DNA of 64,000 nt from Abditibacterium sp. (GCA_965199495.1 CBDASK010000003.1:800001-864000); one strand, 5' to 3'. Positions 9,502-19,155 are shown, counted from the first letter of the stretch. Notes: generated by a model not told the origin, from the sequence alone. Numbers and translations: made by a program.

Positions 9502-10368
9502 TTACTTCTCCTCCTCGAACGGAATCGGGCGCACCGTGACTTTCTGGCCGTCTTCGCCTTCGACGTGCAGTTCCGTTCCCGGCGCGTTCCACTCGTTGCG
9601 CACGTAGGCCAGACCGATGGCGCCAAAGCGCGGACTTTCCAGGCAACTCGTCAAATATCCGGCGGGTTTGTCGCCGAACATTAATTTTTGGCGCGAAGGA
9701 CATTTGCATTCCAACTCCACGCCGACCAACTTTTGCTTGACTTTTTTATAAGTGTCCAAACGCGCGATAATTTCCTGGCCGTTATAGCAACCTTTGTTCA
9801 TCGAAACGGCGAAATCCAGACCGGCTTCCCACGGGTTGAAATCCTCGACGAGTTCGGCGCCCGCGACCGGAATGCCGTCTTCGACGCGCAAAACATTGAA
9901 GGTTTCGGTATCGCAATCGAGGGCGCCGTCGGACGGATCGAACGACAAAAAGCCGCCGCCGGGCAAACGTTTGGTTGGCCAGCGCGGGCCGACGACTTCG
10001 ATGGCGCGCGGGCCGAATAAGCCCCATAGCTTGTCGTCACCAGCCACGTCGTCAATGGTGACGACCTGGCGAAACAAAACGTAGCGCAACGCGTGATTTT
10101 TGAAGGATTGTTTGCGATTGGGCGACGTAATCACCCAGAAATCCGACGAGTGGCGCCGCAAAATCGTGAGCCAATCCAAAACGCGCGCCTGAGAAGTCAC
10201 CAGAGCGGCCTCGCGAACTTCGCCGGGGCGCATCGAATTTACGTCTTGCGTGGTCAGATGATGCAACAAATTCGCGGCATCTTTGCCCCACACGCGGTAG
10301 CGGCCAAAATGACTCATATCGCGCCGCACCAAACCGTGGCGGGCCGCTTCGTAGACTTCTAAATCCAT
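9502..10368 (-). CDS. ygfZ: Folate-binding GcvT/YgfZ family protein
   Basis: KGCYNGQE signature; LHHLTTQD. Confidence 0.85.
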   Translation of the reverse strand: MDLEVYEAARHGLVRRDMSHFGRYRVWGKDAANLLHHLTTQDVNSMRPGEVREAALVTSQARVLDWLTILRRHSSDFWVITSPNRKQSFKNHALRYVLFRQVVTIDDVAGDDKLWGLFGPRAIEVVGPRWPTKRLPGGGFLSFDPSDGALDCDTETFNVLRVEDGIPVAGAELVEDFNPWEAGLDFAVSMNKGCYNGQEIIARLDTYKKVKQKLVGVELECKCPSRQKLMFGDKPAGYLTSCLESPRFGAIGLAYVRNEWNAPGTELHVEGEDGQKVTVRPIPFEEEK

Positions 10369-10370
10369 AA

Positions 10371-12020
10371 TTAAAAAGGGCGCACCAAAGGCGCCAGAGT
10401 CGCCGACATCAACAACGTTTGCAAAGCCTGCAAACAAAGCAACGGCGCCCAATCGCGCCAGCGCAACTCATCGTGAAACGCAGCGAGTGCGCAGAGCGGC
10501 GCGAGCGAAAACAGCCACAATCGCTCGGCCTCGCCGCGCACGTTTCCACTAAGGCACAGCAACAATAAAACAGCTAAAGTCGCGACTCCCAGACAAAATC
10601 CGCCCGCGCTAAACCTTGCGCGCGTCGCGTTTTCTTTATAAAGTTTGACGCCTCGCGCCAAAAGCGCAACCACGGGCCAGCCGATAAAGAGCGCCCAAAC
10701 CCCTAAATTGAGCCAGACCCACGGCCAGTAACCGCGCGTTTCGAGCGTCGCGAAACGGTGCGCGCGGCCCGCGTTCAGCGCGATTTCGAGTGGATTAAAA
10801 CTTCCCCACATCGCCAAAATCGCCCACATTAAAACGAACGCGCCAACCGATAAAATCAACGCGCGCGCGCCACCGCGCGGGCGATAAATTAATATCGCGA
10901 GGATTAAAATCGCGCCAACGGCAAACGCGCCGATGGAAAGAAACGTGGTCAAAGCGAGCGCGATTCCACTGGCAATCCACCAGAAATCGGCAGATTTAGA
11001 CGGAGCGGGGCTGGCGCCCTCTTCCAATCGGGTTTCAGAAAGCGAGAGATTGGAAGAGAACACCAGCCCCGCCGCCTCAGATTTCATGCGATTCCAACCC
11101 AGCGCCGCGAAATACAAAGTCCACGCCGCGCCGCATGCGACCAGCGCATCAAGCGTGAAGGCGAACAGATTGGTTGTCGGCGCCAAAACCCACAGCGCCG
11201 CCGCGATGAGACCGCACTTTTCGGCGTTTTCGCCGCCGCCCAACGCGCCCAATCCGTAAACCGCCGGGAGCGATGCCACCAGCGAAAGTCCGAGTAGAAT
11301 CGCGCATAAAAGCGCGGCGCCAATCGCCGAATCGGGCAACGGCGGCGGGTCGGGCACGCCCAATCGTTGCCTCGTTGGCGTGGCGCGCGATTGTTGCGCG
11401 ACCTTGACTAATTCGGCGGATGTCATTCCGGTCACGGTTTGCGCCAACGATGTCAAGCCGCTTTGCAAAGCGGGCGAGCTTTCGTAGATTACGCGCACGC
11501 CATAAAACCACAAAACCGCGCCCGGCGGATGCGTGGCGACGTGCGCCTGAAGCCGCGATTGCGGATGCTGCGCCGTTTGCGCGTAATTGTGCGCGTAAGC
11601 CCGCGCGTCGTCGAAGGTGTAGGCGGCGCCGAAATATTCGGTGGAGAGATCGCTCCACAGCGCGGCGATAATGTTGGCGCGGCCTTCCAGCATCGGCGCG
11701 CCCACGCTATTTTTCAGTTTGCCCGGCCCCAGCATCGCCCAAGGCCACAGCATACCGAAAATCGCCAGACAAACCAGCGCCGTGACGGTCGAGTTGGTTT
11801 GTTCCTTGCGACTTTTGGCGCGCTTGAAGCGGTCGTAAACCGACAACGCCGCCGCGCCGCCAAAGACGACGGGAACACTGATTGGCAACAACCACGCGCC
11901 CGTTGGCCACGCCGCATGGGGCGTGAGCGCCCAATTGCCCGCGCCCAATGGCGCGCGCCAGACGAACAACCACAGCGCCGTCAAAGCGACGGCAACAAAA
12001 GCGAAAAGGACGCGAATCAT
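10371..12020 (-). CDS. Polytopic membrane protein, possibly a GT-C-fold glycosyltransferase
   Basis: Many TM segments; HVATHPPG and GEAERLWLF motifs. Confidence 0.6.
   Translation of the reverse strand: MIRVLFAFVAVALTALWLFVWRAPLGAGNWALTPHAAWPTGAWLLPISVPVVFGGAAALSVYDRFKRAKSRKEQTNSTVTALVCLAIFGMLWPWAMLGPGKLKNSVGAPMLEGRANIIAALWSDLSTEYFGAAYTFDDARAYAHNYAQTAQHPQSRLQAHVATHPPGAVLWFYGVRVIYESSPALQSGLTSLAQTVTGMTSAELVKVAQQSRATPTRQRLGVPDPPPLPDSAIGAALLCAILLGLSLVASLPAVYGLGALGGGENAEKCGLIAAALWVLAPTTNLFAFTLDALVACGAAWTLYFAALGWNRMKSEAAGLVFSSNLSLSETRLEEGASPAPSKSADFWWIASGIALALTTFLSIGAFAVGAILILAILIYRPRGGARALILSVGAFVLMWAILAMWGSFNPLEIALNAGRAHRFATLETRGYWPWVWLNLGVWALFIGWPVVALLARGVKLYKENATRARFSAGGFCLGVATLAVLLLLCLSGNVRGEAERLWLFSLAPLCALAAFHDELRWRDWAPLLCLQALQTLLMSATLAPLVRPF
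11005..11072. repeat. In-frame intragenic palindrome (CTCTTCCAAT family)
   Basis: Arms 11005-11029/11048-11072; encodes AGLVFSSNLSLSETRLEEGASPA on the minus strand. Confidence 0.88.
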
Positions 12021-12049
12021 GCGCGCTCAAGTTTACGCGACCGCCGCGA

Positions 12050-12982
12050 TTATTTTGGAATCGGCGCGGGCCACTGCGCAAATTTCAGCTTTTGCCCGGC
12101 TTTGACTTTCGATATATCTATCGGATCGAGCGCAAAAGCTAATGGCCAACGCTCGTCCGCGCTGATGCGGCCATGCAAATTGCCCATCGTTTTAAGCGGC
12201 GGAGACGCTGGCGCGCCCAAATTCCAGTTCACGATGCGGCGCAATGGATTTTTTGGCTCAACGGTTGCCTCAGAATCGCGACCGGAGCCGTAGGTCGTGC
12301 GCTTGAACGTGACCGTTCCCGACAAATCGACATCTACTGGCGTTTGAGCGTTCATGCCCGCGCCCAGTAAATCGAATTGGATTTCACCTTGAATCAAGCC
12401 CGTAGCTGCCGAAACGATTTTTACTGCGCGCACCCGAACTTGTGGCGTGCGCAGCATCGCCTTGAAATCGAAAGGCGCGAACTGCGCGCGATCGATTTTC
12501 CAGCGTCCCACGAGCGGCGGCCTCGGCGTGGCTGCGGGCACGCCGGGAGTAGGAGAATTGACCGAAATCGGTTGCGTTTTAAATTTAAAAGCGAGTTTCC
12601 CATCGGGAATTGCCAACGCGTTAATCGGCAAACGCAAGTTGTCTTTGTTGTAAAATTGACCTTTCCAAACTTTGTCCCAGGCGCTCGGAGTTGACCAGCT
12701 TTGGCTCGACCCGCGTTTCATGCCTTGTTCTGTTTGCACTTCCAAAAACGAGTCGGTTTTGCTGCTGTCCATTCTGAAGTTCTTCGCGTCATCGCCCCTA
12801 ATTTGCGCAGTCAAAGCCGCGTTCGCGCCTCCAAATGCTTCGAGCGTCGTCGGCTTTTTGATGCGAAATTCCACATGCAAAGGTATCGGCGCCGGGCGCG
12901 TCGCGACCCACAAACCCGCGCCCGCGATAAGAGCCACCGGCAAGCACAACAGCGCAAACTCGCGCGCGGAAAAACGATTCAT
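12050..12982 (-). CDS. Hypothetical protein with N-terminal membrane anchor
   Basis: 310-aa ORF with a hydrophobic N-terminus, in an operon-like arrangement. Confidence 0.7.
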   Translation of the reverse strand: MNRFSAREFALLCLPVALIAGAGLWVATRPAPIPLHVEFRIKKPTTLEAFGGANAALTAQIRGDDAKNFRMDSSKTDSFLEVQTEQGMKRGSSQSWSTPSAWDKVWKGQFYNKDNLRLPINALAIPDGKLAFKFKTQPISVNSPTPGVPAATPRPPLVGRWKIDRAQFAPFDFKAMLRTPQVRVRAVKIVSAATGLIQGEIQFDLLGAGMNAQTPVDVDLSGTVTFKRTTYGSGRDSEATVEPKNPLRRIVNWNLGAPASPPLKTMGNLHGRISADERWPLAFALDPIDISKVKAGQKLKFAQWPAPIPK

Positions 12983-12994
12983 GCGCTAATTTTA

Positions 12995-13333
12995 CTACTT
13001 TTCGTAAACCGTTTCTCCCGGCGGATAGCAAATCAACTCGACGGCGTTGCCCGCCGGGTCTTGGACGTAGATGCCTTTGGTGCCGTCGCGATGCGCGTCA
13101 ATCGGCACGCCCGCTTTGGCAGCAGCCACGGCGAGGGCGCTTTCGTCCACGCGTAACGCAACGTGCGGCGGATGTTGTGTCGGTGTGACCAAAGCGAGTT
13201 TGCCCTGCCCCAATTTCAAAAAGGCCCAGGTGTCGTCATGATACAAAACGGTGGCGCCGAAATTTTCGACATAAAAGGCAACGCCCTCGGCGATATTGGG
13301 AGCGGGCACGGCGACGTGATCGAGTTCAAACAT
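12995..13333 (-). CDS. VOC/glyoxalase family protein
   Basis: LDHVAV...FY...FG, HVAL and YVQDPAGNAVEL. Confidence 0.88.
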   Translation of the reverse strand: MFELDHVAVPAPNIAEGVAFYVENFGATVLYHDDTWAFLKLGQGKLALVTPTQHPPHVALRVDESALAVAAAKAGVPIDAHRDGTKGIYVQDPAGNAVELICYPPGETVYEK

Positions 13334-13365
13334 AATTTATGAGTTGCGAGTTACGCTCGCATTTT

Positions 13366-13587
13366 CGTTACTTAACCCGACTTGCCACCTATGTTCCGTA
13401 GGTTTCACCTACGGCAGAAGGCACAGGTGCCGGACGTGCTTCGCACTTAAAAACACCCAAATAGCGCTGAAAATTCTATCTTACCCCTGTTTTCATTTTC
13501 AGTTCAGTGCGAAGCACGTCCGGCACGCGTGCCTTCTGCCGCAGGTGAAATCTACGGAACATAGGTGGCAAGTCGGGTTAAGTAACG
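13366..13587. repeat. Palindromic element, CTACGGCAGA family, with outer TAACCCGACTTGCCACC arms
   Basis: ~82-bp near-perfect arms 13366-13447/13506-13587. Confidence 0.92.
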
Positions 13588-13634
13588 GCAAAAGCGGTCA
13601 TCGCAAGGCGCGCACGAAGCATACTCTCTGGCGA

Positions 13635-15236
13635 ATGCCCGATTCTTTGAGTCCTGATTCGCAAACTCCTCGCCGCGATGGAGCAAAACCCTCCGGCAAG
13701 CCCAATTATTTCTGGCGCCGCGTCGCCGTTTTGATCGTGTTCGCGGCGCTACTTTATAGCATCGGTTGGACGGTCTGGTCGGCTTATCAGGGCGCGCGCG
13801 ATGTCGTCGCGACGCATTTAGCGCCCGCGCCTACGCCCGCTCCGACGAAACCGGTGGACGTTCTGGTCGTGGGCGGCACACCGGCGGGCGTGGCGGCGGC
13901 GCTGGCGGCGGCGCGCGCGGGCGCGGACGTGACTTTGTTGGCGCAGCGCCCCAAGTTGGGCGGCGACATCGTTTACGCTTATCTCAACATGTTCGACGTG
14001 CCGCTAAGCGGCATGAACTCGCAAAGTTCGCCGGTGGCTTACGGGATTTTCGGCGATTTTTTCCACGAACTCGGCACCGCCTTCGACATGCAAAAGGCCG
14101 AAAGCTGGCTCGAACGCGCCGTCGCCAAACAGAAGAACGTGCGCGTCTTGTCCGATGTCGCCATCGAAAACGTGTTTTTGAGCGCCGGGCGCGTCAACGG
14201 CCTCGAAATCAAAATGAAGGACGGCTCAAGTCGCGTCATCAACGCCAAAACCGTGGTGGATGCGACCAACGACGCCGACGTGGCTGCAAGCGCGGGCGCG
14301 GGTTATTTTCTGGGGCGCGAGCAGGTCAATCCCGACAGCAAAATGCAGGCGGCGGGCCTGTTGTTCGCGGTCAAAAACGTGGATTGGCAGCAATTGCGCG
14401 CCTACGTCCGCAGCACCCGCACGATTTCGCTGCGTTCGGCGCGCCGCCTGAAACAGGGCAACGACGCGGGCATTGACATCCGCGTTCGCGGCGACCGCGC
14501 GACGATTCGGCGCGGCGGCATTCACGGCAACTACGCGTGGGAGCGCGGCAAAGTCGTCAAAGATTATGTGCCGCGCGGCCCCGATGTGGACGTGATTTCG
14601 ATCAACTTCGGGCGCCAATCCGACGGCTCGGTCGTGCTGAACACGCTCAACATCGTCGGCGTCAACGGTCTGAGCGAAACTTCGCGCCAGAGCGCCTACA
14701 AAGAGGGCAGCGATGAAATCCCATTTTTGATGACCTATCTGCGCCAGAAAATGCCCGGTTTCGCGAAGGCCGATCTGAAGCAAATCGCGCCCGAACTTTA
14801 CATTCGCGAAACGCGCCACGTTCGCGGTTTCACCACGATCACCGTCGAAGACATCAAGCGCGGCACGCCCTTTCCCGACCGCGTGGCTCTGGCTTCGTAT
14901 GCGCTCGATTTGCATCCGTATTCCAAAGGCGACCACAACCCGTTCGGGCCTGAACGCCATCTTTACGCCATCCCGATCAAAGCTCTGGTGCCAATCAACG
15001 TGGACGGCGTTTTCGTCGCCTCGCGCAGTTTGAGCGCGACCTATTCGGCAGCGGGATCGGCGCGCGTAATTCCCATTACGATGGCGGCGGGCCAGGCCGT
15101 CGGCACGGCGGCAGCGCAGTGCGCCAAAGGCGATTATTCGCCACACGATTTGGTGAAATCGAAAGCGCGCATCAAGCAGTTGCAAGCCGATTTGCGCAAA
15201 GCGGGCATGGACGTTGGGGATCGGTTAGCGAAATGA
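13635..15236 (+). CDS. Membrane-anchored FAD-dependent oxidoreductase
   Basis: DVLVVGGTPAGVAAA, VDAT, YIRETR and SARVIP motifs; N-terminal TM helix. Confidence 0.85.
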   Translation: MPDSLSPDSQTPRRDGAKPSGKPNYFWRRVAVLIVFAALLYSIGWTVWSAYQGARDVVATHLAPAPTPAPTKPVDVLVVGGTPAGVAAALAAARAGADVTLLAQRPKLGGDIVYAYLNMFDVPLSGMNSQSSPVAYGIFGDFFHELGTAFDMQKAESWLERAVAKQKNVRVLSDVAIENVFLSAGRVNGLEIKMKDGSSRVINAKTVVDATNDADVAASAGAGYFLGREQVNPDSKMQAAGLLFAVKNVDWQQLRAYVRSTRTISLRSARRLKQGNDAGIDIRVRGDRATIRRGGIHGNYAWERGKVVKDYVPRGPDVDVISINFGRQSDGSVVLNTLNIVGVNGLSETSRQSAYKEGSDEIPFLMTYLRQKMPGFAKADLKQIAPELYIRETRHVRGFTTITVEDIKRGTPFPDRVALASYALDLHPYSKGDHNPFGPERHLYAIPIKALVPINVDGVFVASRSLSATYSAAGSARVIPITMAAGQAVGTAAAQCAKGDYSPHDLVKSKARIKQLQADLRKAGMDVGDRLAK

Positions 15237-15298
15237 TTTGGACGAATCAAAATTTATTTTGCGGCGCGTGATGTTCAGGCGTGCGTCATCTTGAATCC

Positions 15299-15757
15299 AT
15301 GCAGAAAATTAGGCTCACGCGCAAAGAAAGCGCCCTGTTCATTTTGCCGCTTGTTGTTTTGTGCGGCGCGTGGTGGCAATCTTCACGCAAGAGCGATCTT
15401 AAGCCTGTTTTGCAAAAGTTGGCGGGGCCAAACGCGAAAGATTGTAGTTTCTCGATGATGCCCGTAGGCGAGGCGAAATGGAAGGCAATGCGAGAGTGTG
15501 CAGCCACCTCATTTCAAGCCAAGCGACCATTCTGGTCACATGATAATTACGATGCAAATGGACGAGGTTTCGATTCCGGTGTAGCTCTGGGGCCAGACCG
15601 AAATTTTTATCAGGTCACGCAAAAGCGAGCCTATTGGTTTTCGCCGGTTCAAACCGAAATTATGCGAGGAGTGGGGACAGAAGTTGTGATGAACCCGCAG
15701 ACAGGCGACCATTTTATTCGGAGCAATGGTCATGTTCGCGTGCCAAATACGCCTTGA
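15299..15757 (+). CDS. Hypothetical membrane-anchored protein
   Basis: ORF with an N-terminal TM segment. Confidence 0.6.
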   Translation: MQKIRLTRKESALFILPLVVLCGAWWQSSRKSDLKPVLQKLAGPNAKDCSFSMMPVGEAKWKAMRECAATSFQAKRPFWSHDNYDANGRGFDSGVALGPDRNFYQVTQKRAYWFSPVQTEIMRGVGTEVVMNPQTGDHFIRSNGHVRVPNTP

Positions 15758-15764
15758 AGAGGTA

Positions 15765-15895
15765 ACTATTCTGAGCGTCGAGAGGCACGAGCGAAGTCGA
15801 AGAATCCATGACATAAATCTACCAACGACAGTCAGATTCAGTCACAACCGATAGATTCTTCGACTTCGTTCGTTCCTCTCTACGCTCAGAATGAC
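15765..15895. repeat. Palindromic element, TGTCATTCTGAG family
   Basis: Arms and spacer match 7497-7643 in reverse orientation. Confidence 0.87.
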
Positions 15896-15947
15896 AACGT
15901 AGGCGAACGCGGGCGATATGGAGCCTCATAACAACTGGCACACCGCG

Positions 15948-17159
15948 TCACTTCGGCATTTGCAACACGCCGACATCTACCACAGCCACGCCAGGCGCGT
16001 CGGAGGCGACCCAGATTTCGATTTGCGAACCGGCGACAATCGGCTCGACAATCGCGAACGGCGCGTGCGCGGTGTCGTTGGCAGCCACGGGAATCAAGCG
16101 ATGCGGCATTCCGTTGACGACGGTGGAAATCACCACCATTTTGTCGCACATCACGCCGACGCGCACATAGCGGACGCCCGCGACGTGGCCGGCGGGCACG
16201 GTATAGGTCAGTTTGCGCGACAATAAATCGGGCGTTTTAATGCCGGTCGCGGCAAAATCGAAGGTGCCCTGCAACAACACCGGGCGCCCGGCGCCCACAC
16301 CGACTAAATCGGGTCGTTTTTCATCTTTGGCCATAACGGATAATTCACTCCAAAACTCGCGAAACGGCGTCGTGCAATGCCGCTTTAAATTCGATTCCTC
16401 GGCGGGCGACTTTTTTTCTAAGCCCTCTTCCAATTCCTGCGCGACAGTTTCCGGGCGGGCGCGTCCGGTTCGCGTGCCTTCTTCGGTCGAGCCGAAAAAG
16501 GCCCGCATTTTTATCAGCGCCGCTTCCAATCGGTTGCGCACTGCCGAACGCGACAAGCCCAACTCGCGCGCCATTTGCGCTTCGGTTTTCCCCAAAACGC
16601 AACAGCCCCACACCACGACGCGCTGCGTTTGCGGCAACGCATCGAGCGCCGCGCGCAAGCCCAGAACGCGTTCGATGTCGCGCGCTTCGTCGTCGAGCGA
16701 CGCGGGCATCCAATCGTCCAAATCGGCGCCTTCTTCGTTCATGGCGCCCAACTGCGAAAACGGCGTCGCCTGTCCGCGTCGTTGCGCGCGCAGCCACGTC
16801 CGCGCGTCCCACTCCAACATGCGCTCGATGTAGTGCGGAAAAAACACGCCTTTGCTCGCGTCGAACGCGTGCAGACGCGTCAGAAACATCAGCGTCATCT
16901 GCGATTCGATGTCGGCCCATTCGAGCGTGGACAATTCTTCGCGCACGGCAATCCACAGTCCGTGACTGCGCGAACGCAACAACGGTTGAAACTGTTCCAG
17001 CAACGCTTCGGTCGAGCCGTTATCGCCGTGTTGCGCGGCGGCGACGCGCGCTTCGAGCGCGAAATCGTGCGGTTGCGCCTCGTCGCCGGGCGCCAGTTCG
17101 CGCCGCGAAATGGGCACGCGCGGCGAGGCAAGAGAAGTCACGAACCAAAGGTTAGACAC
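15948..17159 (-). CDS. Sigma-70-family sigma factor with a C-terminal beta-rich domain
   Basis: Region 2-like EALLEQFQPLL...FDASKG; region 4 HTH KTEAQMARELGLSRSAV. Confidence 0.8.
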   Translation of the reverse strand: MSNLWFVTSLASPRVPISRRELAPGDEAQPHDFALEARVAAAQHGDNGSTEALLEQFQPLLRSRSHGLWIAVREELSTLEWADIESQMTLMFLTRLHAFDASKGVFFPHYIERMLEWDARTWLRAQRRGQATPFSQLGAMNEEGADLDDWMPASLDDEARDIERVLGLRAALDALPQTQRVVVWGCCVLGKTEAQMARELGLSRSAVRNRLEAALIKMRAFFGSTEEGTRTGRARPETVAQELEEGLEKKSPAEESNLKRHCTTPFREFWSELSVMAKDEKRPDLVGVGAGRPVLLQGTFDFAATGIKTPDLLSRKLTYTVPAGHVAGVRYVRVGVMCDKMVVISTVVNGMPHRLIPVAANDTAHAPFAIVEPIVAGSQIEIWVASDAPGVAVVDVGVLQMPK

Positions 17160-17250
17160 GCCGCGTCACGCGCGCGTGAAGCGGCGGTTACAATTGGGTT
17201 TCGTAAATCGAAATTATTGATGACTGCGCGGTGAACTCTCGGTGGGACGG

Positions 17251-17406
17251 TGTGTCCGCGCAGGCGGACAGTTGCGCGCGGAGCGCGATCTTAGACCCCG
17301 ATTTTAATCGGGGGATAACCGCGAAATTGTGCCTTCTCGTGAACCCATAATAAATTATGGGTCTGGAATCGCGCTCCGCGCGCAACTGTCCGCCTGCGCG
17401 GACACA
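17251..17406. repeat. Palindromic element, GTCCGCGCAGGCGGAC family
   Basis: 39-bp perfect arms 17251-17289/17368-17406 plus two internal hairpins. Confidence 0.88.
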
Positions 17407-17467
17407 TTATCTCACCAGACAACCGCAAAACATTTATCCTTTACCCTGAGCCTTCAGCTTCCCAACA

Positions 17468-18757
17468 ATGCCGTATCTTTCTCATATTCTCGGTCAGCGC
17501 GTGGTGGATTCCGTGGATGCGACCGTCGGGCGCATCGTGGACTTGGCCATTACCATCGAAGAACCGTTTGGCGGCGAATTTCCGCCCGTCACGCTTTTGG
17601 TCATCCGCGCCGGTTCGACCAATTTGCGCTTGCGCTCCGAATCCATCGCCGACTGGTCGGCCATCGAACGCGGCAACGCGGTTTTATTGGATTCGCCGCG
17701 CGCCAGATTAACCGTGGGCGCCGAGAAAACCGGCGAGGTTTATCTGCGCCGCGATATTCTGGACAAGCAAATTCTGGCGATTTCGCAGGCGCGATTAGTG
17801 CGCGTCAACGACGTGTTTCTGACCGAAGACGGCCCGATACTTCGCGCGGCGGGCGTGGACGTTTCGCTGCGCGGACTTTTGCGACGCATTCGCCTCGAAA
17901 CGCCGTCGTCTAAAATCGCGCGGCAGTTTCATATTCCCCTGCCGCGCCAGACGATTCCGTGGAATCAGGTCGAAGTCATGCGCGGCGAAGACGGCGGACA
18001 GATTATCTCCAAGGTGCCGACCGACAAATTATCCAAGTTGCACCCGACCGATTTGGCCGCCATCGTCACGCAAATGACGCCGCACGAACGCGCCGAACTC
18101 ATCGAAAATTTGGACGACGAAACCTTGGCGCAAACGCTGGAAGAGACCGACGACGAACTGGCCGCCGACATCATCGAAGAGATGGACATCGAGCGCGCGG
18201 CGGATGTTATCGAGGAAATGGATCCCGACGAAGCTGCCGACGTTTTGGCCGAAATGGACGACCAAAGCGCCGCCCACGCGATTTTGGAAAAGTTCGAGGA
18301 CGCCGAAGACGCCGAAGATATCAAGCATCTTTTGTCGTTCGAGGAAGGCACGGCAGGCGCGCTGATGAACTCGGACGTGATCACGCTGCCGCAACAAATG
18401 ACGTGCGCGCAGGGCATCCAGAGGTTGCGCGACGAAGCAGCCACGCCGCACACCGCGTTCAATTTATATCTCGAAAACGTCGAAGGCCGCGTCGTCGGCG
18501 TGGTTTCGCTGCCCGAAGCGGTTTTGGCGGCGCCCGAAACGCCGCTCATGGATTTAGTCGAAGACGAGTTGATTACAGTCGAAGCCGACGCCGACGCGGC
18601 GGAATGCGCGCGCCTCATCGCCAAATACGATTTATTGTCGCTGCCCGTTTTAGACGCCGACGGCGCGATGCTGGGTTTGATCACGGTTGATGACATCATG
18701 GACGAAGTCGTGCCCGAAGAGTGGCTTTCGGGCCGATTGGAAAAGCGGCGAAGTTGA
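17468..18757 (+). CDS. MgtE N-terminal/CBS-domain protein with PRC-like N-terminus, no membrane domain
   Basis: LHPTDLA, EEMDPDEAAD, TAGALM and GLITVDD motifs. Confidence 0.85.
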   Translation: MPYLSHILGQRVVDSVDATVGRIVDLAITIEEPFGGEFPPVTLLVIRAGSTNLRLRSESIADWSAIERGNAVLLDSPRARLTVGAEKTGEVYLRRDILDKQILAISQARLVRVNDVFLTEDGPILRAAGVDVSLRGLLRRIRLETPSSKIARQFHIPLPRQTIPWNQVEVMRGEDGGQIISKVPTDKLSKLHPTDLAAIVTQMTPHERAELIENLDDETLAQTLEETDDELAADIIEEMDIERAADVIEEMDPDEAADVLAEMDDQSAAHAILEKFEDAEDAEDIKHLLSFEEGTAGALMNSDVITLPQQMTCAQGIQRLRDEAATPHTAFNLYLENVEGRVVGVVSLPEAVLAAPETPLMDLVEDELITVEADADAAECARLIAKYDLLSLPVLDADGAMLGLITVDDIMDEVVPEEWLSGRLEKRRS

Positions 18758-18769
18758 TTCGGTTTGCAA

Positions 18770-18936
18770 TAGACCTCTTGCATAAGTCAATGGACATTTG
18801 AAGTCTGCGGGGCTGACGCCCTCTTCCAATCGGCAATCTTGCCAAGAACTTCGCCGATTGGAAGAGGGCGTCAGCCCCGCAGCACAAAAGATACAGAGCA
18901 ATGGCACGCTCAAAACTGACTTATGCAAGAGGTCTA
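18770..18936. repeat. Nested element: TAGACCTCTTGCA terminal repeats enclosing a CTCTTCCAAT palindrome
   Basis: Perfect 20-bp outer arms 18770-18789/18917-18936; 30-bp inner arms 18805-18834/18853-18882. Confidence 0.9.
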
Positions 18937-18966
18937 ATAGTTAGGTATGGTGGGATACGTGCGAGC

Positions 18967-19096
18967 GCGAGCGACTGAAGTCGCGGCAACGTAGAGGAAA
19001 GTCCGCCTACGCGGACTGCGGGCGAACGTCGAAGCGTAAATATTCAGTCCGCGCAGACGGACTTTCCTCTACGTTGCCGCGACTTCAGTCGCTCGC
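18967..19096. repeat. Palindromic element, GTCCGCGCAGGCGGAC family
   Basis: ~52-bp arms homologous to the inner part of 6178-6356. Confidence 0.9.
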
Positions 19097-19155
19097 ACCA
19101 AATAACGGTTTTCTTCCCCCACAATTTACGTTCTCCAAGCTAAGAATTTGAATTC

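Noticed and set aside
17160..17467. M-box riboswitch upstream of the MgtE-like gene
   Set aside because: The structure is explained by a GTCCGCGCAGGCGGAC-family palindrome found elsewhere in the window; no M-box consensus recognised
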